Positions 48,245-59,658 of a stretch of DNA of 64,000 bases are shown here, in pieces. Made by a program: the position numbers and the translations under genes. Within the stretch, counting starts at the first letter, position 1. Every line of letters begins with the position of its first letter. Below the pieces are notes generated by a model that did no database searches, was not told the DNA's origin, and was given only the letters and a program-made list of their open reading frames with translations. This DNA is from Verrucomicrobiota bacterium (GTDB lineage: Bacteria; Verrucomicrobiota; Verrucomicrobiia; Limisphaerales; UBA11358): positions 142,659 to 206,658 of the forward strand of contig JBEKOG010000001.1 in the NCBI GenBank assembly GCA_049522015.1. The letters run 5' to 3'.

Positions 48245-50695
48245 ATGAATATCCAGGCGTTGTTTCCGTCAATCCCGGGATGCGGGATGATCTCAGCCAT
48301 TTTGTGGCTTTCATCAATTTCCGGGTTTGGTGCCGTTTCCGGCGACGAGCATTGGGATAATCAGTTTGGGCCGCCGGGCGTGAACAGCCTGGCGGAGGGC
48401 ATCGCCGCCATCAGCAACAAGGTTTATGTGACCGGCCTCTTCACGACGGCCGGCAACACCAAGGCGAATTACGTGGCCGGGTTTGACGGGACCAACTGGT
48501 TCCAGTTGAACAGCGGTTTGATGGGAAGCAGCCCCGCGGGCGTTTGCGCGGTGGCGGACGGCAATTATCTCTACGTCGGCGGCATCTTCACGAATGCCGA
48601 TGATCCGACAGCGAATAACACGGCGCGCTGGGACGGCACGAATTGGGCCGGCATTGGGATTTTAGGGGCGACGGAGACCGTCAAACGCCACGGCAGCAAC
48701 CTCTATTTTGGCGGCGCCTTTTCCGGAACGGCCGGCATCAATTCCACGAACATCATCGGCTGGAACGGCACCAATTATTTTGCCCTGGGGCAGGGACTGG
48801 GCGGCACCGGCTATTACCTCATCGGCTACGTGGATTGCCTTGAATTTCAGGGGAATAATATTTATGCCGGCGGAAATTTCTCCTACTCGGGAACGTCCAG
48901 TATGACGAACATCGCCTATTGGGACGGCAGCGTGTGGCACGCGATGGGCAATCCCTTCAACGGGACGGTGAGCGCGCTGCAATTTTACGGCGGTTACCTT
49001 TACGCGGGCGGCAGCTTTACCAATACATCGTTGCATTTCACCAACATCGCGCGCTGGGACGGCAGCGCGTGGTCGGCGGTTCCGGGCGGCGGCGCCAACC
49101 AGGGGGTTTATGATATGACCACCGATGGCACGAATCTCTATGTCGGCGGCATCTTCACGCAAATCGGCGGCATCCCCGGGACGAATATTGTATCGTTCAA
49201 CGGCACGACCTGGAAGCAGCTTGGCGGCGGACTGCACTATTTCCAATACGGATTGGGGCAGGCCAACAAGCTGCTCTGGTACTCCAATCAATTGTTCGTC
49301 GCGGGCGGTTTCGACCGCGCGGGCGACATGGTCGGCGCGGCCTACGTCGCGCGCTGGGACGGCGCGAATTGGTGGAGCCTCGGCGGCGACACCAGCAAGG
49401 GCATGTCGCCTTCGATCAATTTTGTGCAAAGCCTCTGCAACATCCCCGCGTCCGGCTCGATTGCCGGCGGAATTTACGCCGGCGGACTGTTCAGCACGGC
49501 GGGAAAAACCAACGCCAATTGCATCGCGCGCTTTGACGGCACCAATTGGAATCCCCTGGGTGGCGGAGTTTCCGGCTGGTTCGGCAGTTCCGCCCGCGTC
49601 TATGCCATCGCCACGGACGGAACGTATGTTTACGCGGGCGGGAACTTCACCAACGCGGGCGCCTACACCGGCGTTGGCGGCATTGCCGAATGGGATGGTA
49701 ATAATTGGTATCCGCTCGACTCCGGGTTCGATTACATCGTCAACGCGCTGGCGGTGGATAACTACGGCTACCTCTGGGTCGGCGGTTCGTTCACAAACAT
49801 TGTCCTTGCTGCTCCCTACATTTATCCCTCCAAAGGCCTGGCTGTGCGGGGTTATAACACCTGGTATAGTAGCGGAGGTGTTGACGGCACCAATGCCATC
49901 GTCAGCGCCATTGCTTATGATGGCGGCAACAGAGTTTATTTCGGCGGACAGTTTTATTCTGTCGGCGGCGTTTCCGCCACCAACGTCGCTTATTACGATT
50001 ACGGCGACGGTTTGTGGCACGCGCTCGGTTCCGGGATTGCCCTCGGCAAAGTCAATGCGCTCGCCTATGCCAACGGGCAGCTTTACGCCGGCGGAACTTT
50101 CACCAACGCCGGCGGTATCACGGCCAATCGCATCGCCAAATGGAATGGGACAAGCTGGTCTGCACTCGGGACCGGCCTCATCGGCACAAGCAGCGCCGCC
50201 ACGGTCAACGGCATTGCCGTCTCCGGCAACAACGTCTACGTGACCGGCAATTTCACGAACGCCGGCGGCATTCTGGCCACCAACGTCGCCGTATGGAACG
50301 GCTCAAGCTGGTCGGCAATGGGCAGCTGCCTGGCCAGCACCGCTACCGCTTTGGCCATCGGCGATTGCATCGCTGCTGCCGGCGACGACGTTTATGTCGG
50401 CGGCCGGTTCAACCTTGCCGGCGATAAACCCGCGCAATTCATCGCGCACTGGAACAGCCAGTCGAATTATTATCCGGCGGCGAGCCTGAAGCTGACGCGA
50501 AGCGCATGGTTGACCAACCAGCTGTTCCGGTTCCGCGTCACCGGCACCAGCGGGCAAAGCTACATCATCCAAGGCTCGACCAATTTGAACGCGTGGACGC
50601 CGCTGCAAACCAACAGCGTGATGTTTTACGATTTCATTGACCCAGACAGCGCTACCTGCACCCACCGGTTTTATCGCGCGTTGCTGGGGCCGTGA
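48245..50695 (+). CDS. Secreted repeat protein (816 aa) with 12 or more W(D/N)G(T/S)xW beta-propeller-type repeats and the shared C-terminal ...FYR domain
   Basis: Signal-like N-terminus. Recurrent ~50-aa units are marked by ARWDGTNW, IGWNGTNY, AYWDGSVW, ARWDGSAW, VSFNGTTW, ARWDGANW, ARFDGTNW, AEWDGNNW, AKWNGTSW and AVWNGSSW. Confidence 0.8.
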   Translation: MNIQALFPSIPGCGMISAILWLSSISGFGAVSGDEHWDNQFGPPGVNSLAEGIAAISNKVYVTGLFTTAGNTKANYVAGFDGTNWFQLNSGLMGSSPAGVCAVADGNYLYVGGIFTNADDPTANNTARWDGTNWAGIGILGATETVKRHGSNLYFGGAFSGTAGINSTNIIGWNGTNYFALGQGLGGTGYYLIGYVDCLEFQGNNIYAGGNFSYSGTSSMTNIAYWDGSVWHAMGNPFNGTVSALQFYGGYLYAGGSFTNTSLHFTNIARWDGSAWSAVPGGGANQGVYDMTTDGTNLYVGGIFTQIGGIPGTNIVSFNGTTWKQLGGGLHYFQYGLGQANKLLWYSNQLFVAGGFDRAGDMVGAAYVARWDGANWWSLGGDTSKGMSPSINFVQSLCNIPASGSIAGGIYAGGLFSTAGKTNANCIARFDGTNWNPLGGGVSGWFGSSARVYAIATDGTYVYAGGNFTNAGAYTGVGGIAEWDGNNWYPLDSGFDYIVNALAVDNYGYLWVGGSFTNIVLAAPYIYPSKGLAVRGYNTWYSSGGVDGTNAIVSAIAYDGGNRVYFGGQFYSVGGVSATNVAYYDYGDGLWHALGSGIALGKVNALAYANGQLYAGGTFTNAGGITANRIAKWNGTSWSALGTGLIGTSSAATVNGIAVSGNNVYVTGNFTNAGGILATNVAVWNGSSWSAMGSCLASTATALAIGDCIAAAGDDVYVGGRFNLAGDKPAQFIAHWNSQSNYYPAASLKLTRSAWLTNQLFRFRVTGTSGQSYIIQGSTNLNAWTPLQTNSVMFYDFIDPDSATCTHRFYRALLGP

Positions 50696-50829
50696 GGGCT
50701 TTAAGCCTTGCCTCTTCCTTCCGGCGCCGGTGAAAACTACGCGACAGAGCCGCATCGCTTTCTTGACTCACCGCGCGCAACTTTTATGATATCCGCTTCG
50801 GATTTTGAAGTTGGAAAATTTAAAAATAA

Positions 50830-52122
<1,293 letters not shown>

Positions 52123-52159
52123 GCTTGTGTTCGCCCGTGGCGAGAGTTAGATTCCGACC

Positions 52160-52783
<624 letters not shown>

Positions 52784-52916
52784 CATGCAATTAATATCTG
52801 TCAGCCTTTCAGGCTTTCAATTTGTGTGAATTCGTGAAATTCGTGTCAACCTTGGGCGGTCGGCCGATCGCCGATTGAGAAGATGGCCGCCGTCTGCCGA
52901 CGGCAACGACGGATTC

Positions 52917-52951
52917 AAAACCGTAAGCCAGCTGCCTGACTTCCGGTTTTT
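52917..52951. terminator. Long hairpin flanked by an A-run and a T-run (possible bidirectional terminator, 45 nt beyond the response-regulator stop)
   Basis: In aaaaccgtaagccagctgcctgacttccggttttt, the outer stem is aaaaccg/cggtttt and the inner stem aagccag/ctgactt (with G-U pairs). Confidence 0.45.
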
Positions 52952-52995
52952 AGTTCCTCCCGCCCCCCTCGCACCGTTGGCGAAATTGTTTTTGG

Positions 52996-53685
52996 TCAAG
53001 GTTTTTGTTCCGGCGGCTCGAAGCGGTAGCCAATTTGCCGGATGGTGTGAATGAAAATGGGCCGGGCGGGGTCCGGCTCGATTTTGTTCCGCAGCGTGGT
53101 GACAAACCGGTCGATGCTGCGGCTGGTCACCACACAATCATAGCCCCAGACAGCATTGAGAATCTCGTCGCGGGTCAACGCCCGGCCCGGTTTCTTGACG
53201 AAGTATTCGAGCAGATTGAATTCCTTGGGTGACAATTCAATTTCCTTGTTCTTGCGGGTCAACCGTCTGGCGGAGATGTCGAGCCGCAAGCCGCCGAATT
53301 CGTAGGCGTCCTGAACCTCTTTTTTCGCGCGGCGCAGAAACGCGGCGGCGCGGGCGAGCAGTTCTTTTATGCTGAACGGTTTGGTGACGTAATCGTCGGC
53401 GCCGAGGTTGAGGCCGAGCACGATGTCCGATTCCTCGCCTTTGGCGGTCAACATGATGACCGGCATGGCGAGTTTCTCTTCGCGAATCAGCCGGCAGATC
53501 TCGTAGCCGTTGATCTTGGGCAGCATGATGTCGAGGATGATCAAGTCGGGTTTGGAGTTCAGCGCGGCCTTCAACCCTTTCTCGCCATCGGCGGCGGTGA
53601 GCACCTTGTAACCCTTGAACTCGAAGTTGTCTCTCAACCCGATCAACATCGTCGGGTCGTCTTCAATGATGAGCACGGTTTCCAT
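52996..53685 (-). CDS. OmpR/PhoB-family response regulator
   Basis: REC domain (VLIIEDD, IILDIMLPKINGYE, MLTAKG) plus a winged-helix output (LSPKEFNLLEYF, IHTIRQIGYRF). Confidence 0.92.
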   Translation of the reverse strand: METVLIIEDDPTMLIGLRDNFEFKGYKVLTAADGEKGLKAALNSKPDLIILDIMLPKINGYEICRLIREEKLAMPVIMLTAKGEESDIVLGLNLGADDYVTKPFSIKELLARAAAFLRRAKKEVQDAYEFGGLRLDISARRLTRKNKEIELSPKEFNLLEYFVKKPGRALTRDEILNAVWGYDCVVTSRSIDRFVTTLRNKIEPDPARPIFIHTIRQIGYRFEPPEQKP

Positions 53686-53698
53686 GTGTCAATTCCTT

Positions 53699-55711
53699 TC
53701 AATTGCCGTTTCCCTGGCCGATGGGCAGCCTGACAGTAAAGGTGCTCCCTTGGCCTCGTTTGCTTTCGACGGTGATTTTTCCCTTATGGGCATCAACGAT
53801 GAATTTGACAATGCTCAAGCCCAGTCCGCAACCCTCGGCTTTTCGCGTCAGAGAACTGTCCACCTGGTAGAAGCGGTCAAAAATCCTGCGAATATGTCTT
53901 CGGGCCAGGCCAATGCCATTGTCGGAAACCGCAAAGCAGACATACCCATCGTCGGGAAAAATTCGAAGCGATACCCGCTTGTCGTCGGTGGTGTATTTGC
54001 AGGCGTTGTCGAGAAGATTGACGAGGACAGTGACAATCGCGTCGTGGTCGGCCTGCATTTCCGGCAGGTTGTCCGCGATATCAACGGCCAGATGACAGTC
54101 GTGCGTGGCGAATTTTGTCTTGACCGACTCAATGGCATCGCTGGCTATCGCGGCGGGTTTGGCGTCAACGATGGTGAACGCCACCTTGTTTCTTTCCATC
54201 CGCGAGAAGGTCAGGAAGTTTTCAATCATCCGGCTGAGGCGCTCATTTTCCTTCACGGTCAAACGCAGGTATTCATTGGCCTGCGCCTCATCCCGGACAT
54301 TGCCTTCGAGCAGGGTGTCAACGAGGACGCGCATCGAGGACAGCGGCGTTTTGAGCTCGTGCGAAACGGTGGCGATGAAGTCGTTCTTCATTTCGTTCAG
54401 CCGGATTTGCCGGCCGACCGCGCGCGTTGCGAAACCGCCCGCGATCAGAATCAGCAGTATCACCAGAAAGCCGGTCCACGCGTAAACCGCGATTTGCCGG
54501 TCGGCTGCTTTCTTGAAGACATCGCTTCCCTGGAAATACAATTCGGCCTTCCAGCCGGGAAAACCATCGGGCAGGGCCGCAACGGTAAAAGGAGAGCCCG
54601 GCGGTTGGGATGTGCCCGCCACAAAACCATCCAGGGTGTTCAGTATCCGATAAGTTGACTCGGAGCCGCTGAATGCGTCGTGGTAGCCGGAGAGGATCGA
54701 GGCCATGCCTGTATCGGACAGCAGCACCAGCAACGTTGACGACTGAATCCGGTGACGAAGGCCATAGACCGGTTTCTGGCCGAGGTCAGTTTGAAAGCAG
54801 CCGTCGAATACACCGGCGTAAGGGCGTAGCGTTTCGGCGGCGGAAATGGAAAGTTCTTCGGCAGCGGCGAGCTTTTCGAGCTGTTCCTTTGCCCTGGCGT
54901 CATCAAAGCGAAATGGACCTTGCAGCGCCTCGAGGACTTTTCGCGCGATGAAAAGGTTTTGGTTCGCCGGAAGCATGGCGCGGTCACCGGCGGGATTGTA
55001 GAGATCGCCAATCAACGCGGTGATGGTTTGATTGAAAATCCTGGAGTTCAGCGGCGATGGGCCGGATTGTTTGAGCAGGGACAACAGGAGCAACCGGGCG
55101 TTCTCGATGATGGGGCGCAAGGCCGGGTCCGCGCCCTCGGCCGATGCTGCAAAGGCGGCCTTTTGACATTGCTCTATCGCTTCATTGAATCGGCCGAGTT
55201 TGGACAAACACCGGCTTTTGCCCGTTATCGCCGCGATGGCCACGTGCGGGTCGCGATCGGTCATGAACCGGTCATAAAGTTGAGCCGCGTCGGAGTACTG
55301 TCTTTTGGCAAATTCCTCGTGCCACGCGCCGGCCAGCGGACTGTCCGATGACACGTCGTTGCCCATCACGTCCGCGGCTCGCGGATAAACAACCGACCCG
55401 TCTGCGCCCCACAGCACCACGCCTTGGAAATTGTTTTCCAGAACGAGGTGCCGGAAAAACGAATAGGGATTACCCGACGGATTTATCTTGTCGAGGCCGG
55501 CGACCCGGATGGCGAACAAAGATTCGGTTTTGGTGGAGGCATCGGTGAGTTTGTCCTGGTAAAGCGCAGTCAGCTTTTGCCGGACGACCAGCCGCTCGTT
55601 GGCAATCACCCGGCTCATGAACCAGAGCAAACTCACCGTGGGCAGCACCACCGCCACCGCCAGCAATGCCACCCAATGCAACTGACTTCGTCTGGTGATG
55701 AAAGCAAACAC
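53699..55711 (-). CDS. Sensor histidine kinase with a large periplasmic/TPR-like sensor region
   Basis: Two TM segments, H-box SHELKTPLSSM, N-box LLDNACKYT, G-boxes DNGIGL and GLGLSIV. It lies 13 nt upstream of the response regulator. Confidence 0.9.
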   Translation of the reverse strand: MFAFITRRSQLHWVALLAVAVVLPTVSLLWFMSRVIANERLVVRQKLTALYQDKLTDASTKTESLFAIRVAGLDKINPSGNPYSFFRHLVLENNFQGVVLWGADGSVVYPRAADVMGNDVSSDSPLAGAWHEEFAKRQYSDAAQLYDRFMTDRDPHVAIAAITGKSRCLSKLGRFNEAIEQCQKAAFAASAEGADPALRPIIENARLLLLSLLKQSGPSPLNSRIFNQTITALIGDLYNPAGDRAMLPANQNLFIARKVLEALQGPFRFDDARAKEQLEKLAAAEELSISAAETLRPYAGVFDGCFQTDLGQKPVYGLRHRIQSSTLLVLLSDTGMASILSGYHDAFSGSESTYRILNTLDGFVAGTSQPPGSPFTVAALPDGFPGWKAELYFQGSDVFKKAADRQIAVYAWTGFLVILLILIAGGFATRAVGRQIRLNEMKNDFIATVSHELKTPLSSMRVLVDTLLEGNVRDEAQANEYLRLTVKENERLSRMIENFLTFSRMERNKVAFTIVDAKPAAIASDAIESVKTKFATHDCHLAVDIADNLPEMQADHDAIVTVLVNLLDNACKYTTDDKRVSLRIFPDDGYVCFAVSDNGIGLARRHIRRIFDRFYQVDSSLTRKAEGCGLGLSIVKFIVDAHKGKITVESKRGQGSTFTVRLPIGQGNGN

Positions 55712-55732
55712 GACGTTTCAACCATTGCTTCC

Positions 55733-58700
55733 CTATTGGCCGGCGGCAAGTGTCTTAATCTCGCTCTCGGAAAGCGCGTAGTTATAGACCCGGACATCGT
55801 CAATCAGGCCGTCGAAGCATCGGCCTTTTTTCTCGGCGTTTTCGCCGATGAGCAGGTCGAAGTTGTTCCGACCGATACCCTCCGTCCACGGGTGCGTGGC
55901 ATCAAGTTTGCCGTCAACGTAAAGGCTCATGGCGCTGCCGTCGTAAACCCCGGCCACGTAATGCCATTCGCCAGGGTTGACCGTGGTTGCGCCATTGATC
56001 GCCGCACGGTCCCAGTCATTGACCGAGAAGTGAAATTTTTCTTCCTGGTTCGAGGTGGACAACCGCCAGGAGTTGTCGCCCTTGGTTACGATGGCCATCC
56101 ATCCGACCGGCACTGTGCGTATTTGCACCCAGCAGGATACGCTCACGGCGCCGGCGAAATCGAAAGCGGACTTGTCGGCAATCCGGACAAAACTGTCATG
56201 GCCATCCAGATCAACCGCCCCACCGATCTTGCCTTGTCCCCATTTGGCATGGCCAACCAGGGTGCCGGTGTGGTTGCCACCGCTGCTGTCCTTGGCTGTC
56301 TTGCCCTGGGTTTCATCAAACTTCCACCAGCCGACGAGGCCGGCCAGTTCTGCATTTCCAAAGGCCTGTGGATTTTCCCAGGCGTTGTCCTCCGTGGCGT
56401 GCCACGCAATCTTGGCCTTGCGTTTGCCTCCGGCGTCGTTGTCGTTCACCTGAACGTCCAGGCCGATCCTCGCGCCGGCGGAGGGCTTCGTGCCGAGCGT
56501 TGACCACGGGAACTTGATTTCCACGCGATAACCTTTGTCCGTGGTCACCAGCGCATACTGAACCCCATTGGTGCGATTGTGTTTAGACTCCAGCATCTGC
56601 GGTGAAGTTTTGTCCCAAATGAAACCGTACTGGTAATCCGTCTGGCCGTACTCAGCCGACTTGCTGTCCGTGGCATCAATATAAACCTCCACGCTGTCCG
56701 AATCGTACCAGTCTTCCGGGCTGGTGTCGTGCTTGAGTATGTCGTCTGTGACATCAACGAGCAGGTAGAGATTGTTTTCATCCCACATCGCCTTGTAGTC
56801 AGCCGAAAGATCGTTGGATGACGGCGGCGGCCCATATATGACGTTGGCAATCTTGTATGGCTTGGCGGCGTTCCAGAGGTCGTCCACCTTGCCGTCAATG
56901 ATGGGCATGCTGGCCGCCGGGAGTATCGTGGCCGGGCTTTCCTGCCGCAGTCGTCTGGCAGCGGCCTCGGTCCGGGCTTCATTGGCAATGCGCGTGATTT
57001 GCGTGGCCGGACCAAGGACTTGATTGAGAGGTGGTATGCCGGTTATGCCCGCACTGACAGCGAAATCGTTTGGCTGCTCATCCGTGCGAAGTTCGATGGT
57101 CGTGGCGTCCGCGGCGCGAGCGAGCTGGTCAAGGCTGGTGTTCAATTGCCCGGCCTGTTCCTCGTTGAGCGTTCCAACCTTCATCTGTGGACCCAGCAGC
57201 CGAATCGCGCCGCCGGCATTTACCAGAACCAGCTTGCTTGCGGTCGGGGCGAGCGCATTCACGGCGTTGTTCAATGGCCCTGAAACGCAGACGGATTTAT
57301 GATTTTTGATGGCGGTAACCGAAGCGTTGACGACATCGCGGTTCAGCGACAGGAGCGTCGTCCCGTTGACCTGTTCCACATAACAATAAAGATTCCCTTG
57401 GCCGCCCTTGCCGATTTTATACTGTCCGGCATTGGTGTTCTGCTGGCCGGCGGACATTACCCCCAACAAAGTTGTCAGGACCTGCCGCGTCTGTTCGGGA
57501 TTGCGGCTGGTAATGGCCAGCCCCAGGCGATCCGGGCCGAACATGTTTGTCGCTGAACTTGTGGCATTGCCCCCGGCGGGCATGGCGAAAAGGGTGACCT
57601 GCTCAACATTGGCAAAGATTTCCCGCCCCACGTCAAGACCGGTGACATTTTGAATCTGGGCCCGGACCTTGTCAGCTTGAGCGGGGTCCGTCTGGTTCAG
57701 GGAGAAACTGGCCAGGGCAACGGCCTCCGCCGGCACTGCTGCCAGCGCCGCCGGGTTGATATTGGGAGTTCGAATCAGATTGTACGCGAGGCTGTGATGT
57801 CCGTCCTTGAACGCGATTTCAGCTTGCCAGCCCAAGCCGTTGGTCTCCACCGATTCAACCAAGATCAGCTCGTCAATGTTGTTAAAATCAGCGATCGCAT
57901 TGGCCGACAGGATTCCGGAAGGAACTTGCCCGGCTGGAAACATTTGCAGCAGCCGCGCATACGCCTCATCCGCATGGACCCAAACCGTCACCGCATTTTT
58001 TTGCCTTTGGGCTTTGCCCAGTTTTGCGAACGACTTGTTGCTGGACGCGAGCGTCGGTTCGGAAGTCAAACCTTTGTATTGTTTCACACACCACTGGAGC
58101 TGGCTGGCCGGCTGCGCGTAGATGATAACCTTGTCATCGTAAGCCACCGCCCCCGCGGATTTGATGGTCACGGTTTGCATGCCTTCGATGGGCTGGCCCG
58201 GAGTTCCGGCCATGCCCAGGGCGGCCAGGATCAGACCCCGCAGCGCGTCGCTCTTGCCGGGATACAGAACGGATACCGTCGGCGGATTATTTTGGGCAAT
58301 GCCGGTGATGCCGATGGCCGCGCTGCGGATTTTTTTGAATTCGGCCATCATGCTCGGATTCAGGAGGGCGGCAACAATGTCCCCGGGCGATTTTTGATTG
58401 GAGTTGGTTGCCTGCCGGCCCGCCACGGCGGCGAGCGGGTTTTCGAACGGCGTGCCTTTGAGCAGGGTTAGGATGGTTTCAACCTGTCTGCCGGGGCTGC
58501 CAAACTCCACGTATGCCAGTGTGCCGGCCGGCATCAGCGTGGCCGGATCAAAATCGGTCAATTCATCCAGAATCGGCCTGGCCTTTTCCACGATCTCGGT
58601 CTGACCCGGGTAATCCGCCACCAGTTTTTCCAGGGCCGCCCGGGCAGACGCCTCGTCTTTGAGTTTCAAGTAACACATGCCCTCCCGATACAGGGCCTGG

Positions 58701-58900
58701 GCGACGTGGTTGGGCGGCGCGGAGCCATTTTTGATGATCTGGTCGTAGGCTTTGATTGCCGAATCAAGGTTCCCCTCGACTTCTTCGGCGTAGAGACCTT
58801 GTTGCAACAGTTCGCCGGTGGTGGCGCCGGAGGCGATGTTGCCGGTTGTGGCCAAAGCTGCGAGCAGCAGGCCCAGCATGATGATTTTGAGTGTTTTCAT
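55733..58900 (-). CDS. Secreted 1055-aa protein: N-terminal TPR, central region, CBM9-like module and C-terminal LamG/concanavalin-like lectin domain
   Basis: Signal peptide MKTLKIIMLGLLLAALA, TPR-like AIKAYDQII...ALYREGMCYLKL, CBM9-like IIDGKVDDLWN...YKAMWDENNLYLLVDVTDD...DSVEVYIDA, and LamG-like GGAVDLDG...VSCWV...LIDDVRVYNYALSESEI. Confidence 0.8.
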   Translation of the reverse strand: MKTLKIIMLGLLLAALATTGNIASGATTGELLQQGLYAEEVEGNLDSAIKAYDQIIKNGSAPPNHVAQALYREGMCYLKLKDEASARAALEKLVADYPGQTEIVEKARPILDELTDFDPATLMPAGTLAYVEFGSPGRQVETILTLLKGTPFENPLAAVAGRQATNSNQKSPGDIVAALLNPSMMAEFKKIRSAAIGITGIAQNNPPTVSVLYPGKSDALRGLILAALGMAGTPGQPIEGMQTVTIKSAGAVAYDDKVIIYAQPASQLQWCVKQYKGLTSEPTLASSNKSFAKLGKAQRQKNAVTVWVHADEAYARLLQMFPAGQVPSGILSANAIADFNNIDELILVESVETNGLGWQAEIAFKDGHHSLAYNLIRTPNINPAALAAVPAEAVALASFSLNQTDPAQADKVRAQIQNVTGLDVGREIFANVEQVTLFAMPAGGNATSSATNMFGPDRLGLAITSRNPEQTRQVLTTLLGVMSAGQQNTNAGQYKIGKGGQGNLYCYVEQVNGTTLLSLNRDVVNASVTAIKNHKSVCVSGPLNNAVNALAPTASKLVLVNAGGAIRLLGPQMKVGTLNEEQAGQLNTSLDQLARAADATTIELRTDEQPNDFAVSAGITGIPPLNQVLGPATQITRIANEARTEAAARRLRQESPATILPAASMPIIDGKVDDLWNAAKPYKIANVIYGPPPSSNDLSADYKAMWDENNLYLLVDVTDDILKHDTSPEDWYDSDSVEVYIDATDSKSAEYGQTDYQYGFIWDKTSPQMLESKHNRTNGVQYALVTTDKGYRVEIKFPWSTLGTKPSAGARIGLDVQVNDNDAGGKRKAKIAWHATEDNAWENPQAFGNAELAGLVGWWKFDETQGKTAKDSSGGNHTGTLVGHAKWGQGKIGGAVDLDGHDSFVRIADKSAFDFAGAVSVSCWVQIRTVPVGWMAIVTKGDNSWRLSTSNQEEKFHFSVNDWDRAAINGATTVNPGEWHYVAGVYDGSAMSLYVDGKLDATHPWTEGIGRNNFDLLIGENAEKKGRCFDGLIDDVRVYNYALSESEIKTLAAGQ

Positions 58901-58933
58901 GGATTGTGTTGTGGTTATGGTAAACAGTTTTTT

Positions 58934-59155
58934 TTAGACAAAGCGATGCTCGGGTGTTCCGCGGTTGGTGGCGGGGAAATATCCGCTGGTGCAAATGCGG
59001 CCTGCTTCCCAGGCGGACAGCTCCTCCGTGCGCAGACGGCGCAGGAGTGCGCGGTTGGCGGCCGTCACCGGCAAACGCAAAGACGGCGCGGGACTGGTGT
59101 TGGAACGCAAAATTCTCGAAACGTCTGCTTCGGTGATTTCAATTTCGACTTTCAT
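58934..59155 (-). CDS. Small hypothetical protein (about 73 aa if started at MKVEIEI)
   Basis: Only an ORF on the same strand upstream of the 1055-aa gene. No recognisable motif. Confidence 0.3.
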   Translation of the reverse strand: MKVEIEITEADVSRILRSNTSPAPSLRLPVTAANRALLRRLRTEELSAWEAGRICTSGYFPATNRGTPEHRFV

Positions 59156-59323
59156 AAATTGATTTCTTTTGGAAAACAAATTGACAAATGTTTTGCTCAT
59201 TGGCGTTTACAGTAAGGAATCAATGTTACCGTTTTGCTACCGCCTCGTCCTTTTATAAACAAAAAATTTTGCCGGCCATGGACGGATATTGTTCCGGCGC
59301 CCGCAAGAATCGCTTGAGCAACG

Positions 59324-59430
59324 TCGGTGGCCGGTGCGACGAATTGCGGCCAGCCAGGTTTTCGGCATCGAGCAACGGCCTGGCAAAAAACGCCGTTTAC
59401 GCCGACACCGGCGCGCTGCCGAAGGGGCGG
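59324..59430 (+). pseudogene. Second, more decayed relic of the enolase 3' end (internal deletion)
   Basis: ggtgcgacgaattgcggccag matches eno 51976-51996. ggcatcgagcaa...gtttacgccgacaccggcgcgctgccgaaggggcgg matches eno 52052-52119. The downstream ggcggtcggcagaccgccg...ggccgccgtctgccgccggcagctacggattcaaa is homologous to 52855-52920. Confidence 0.75.
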
Positions 59431-59513
59431 CCAGTTGTCGTAACGGCGGTCGGCAGACCGCCGCAGATAAAAAGACGGCCGCCGTCTGCCGCCGGCAGCT
59501 ACGGATTCAAATC

Positions 59514-59543
59514 GGAAGTCAGACAACTGACTTTCTATTTTTT
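59514..59543 (+). terminator. Rho-independent terminator-like hairpin, probably the ancestral eno terminator
   Basis: Stem aagtcag (59516-59522) pairs with ctgactt (59527-59533), loop acaa, followed by tctatttttt. No intact plus-strand gene lies upstream, only the eno relic. Confidence 0.55.
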
Positions 59544-59658
59544 AAAGTTCAAGCTTCGGTTGCTTGTGCCGGCTCCCGGCGGCCTCGTTAAAATTGGGGA
59601 CACCGTTTGAATAATTTCCGATTTCTTTCTTCCGGTTTTTGAGCTATATTGGAATCCA

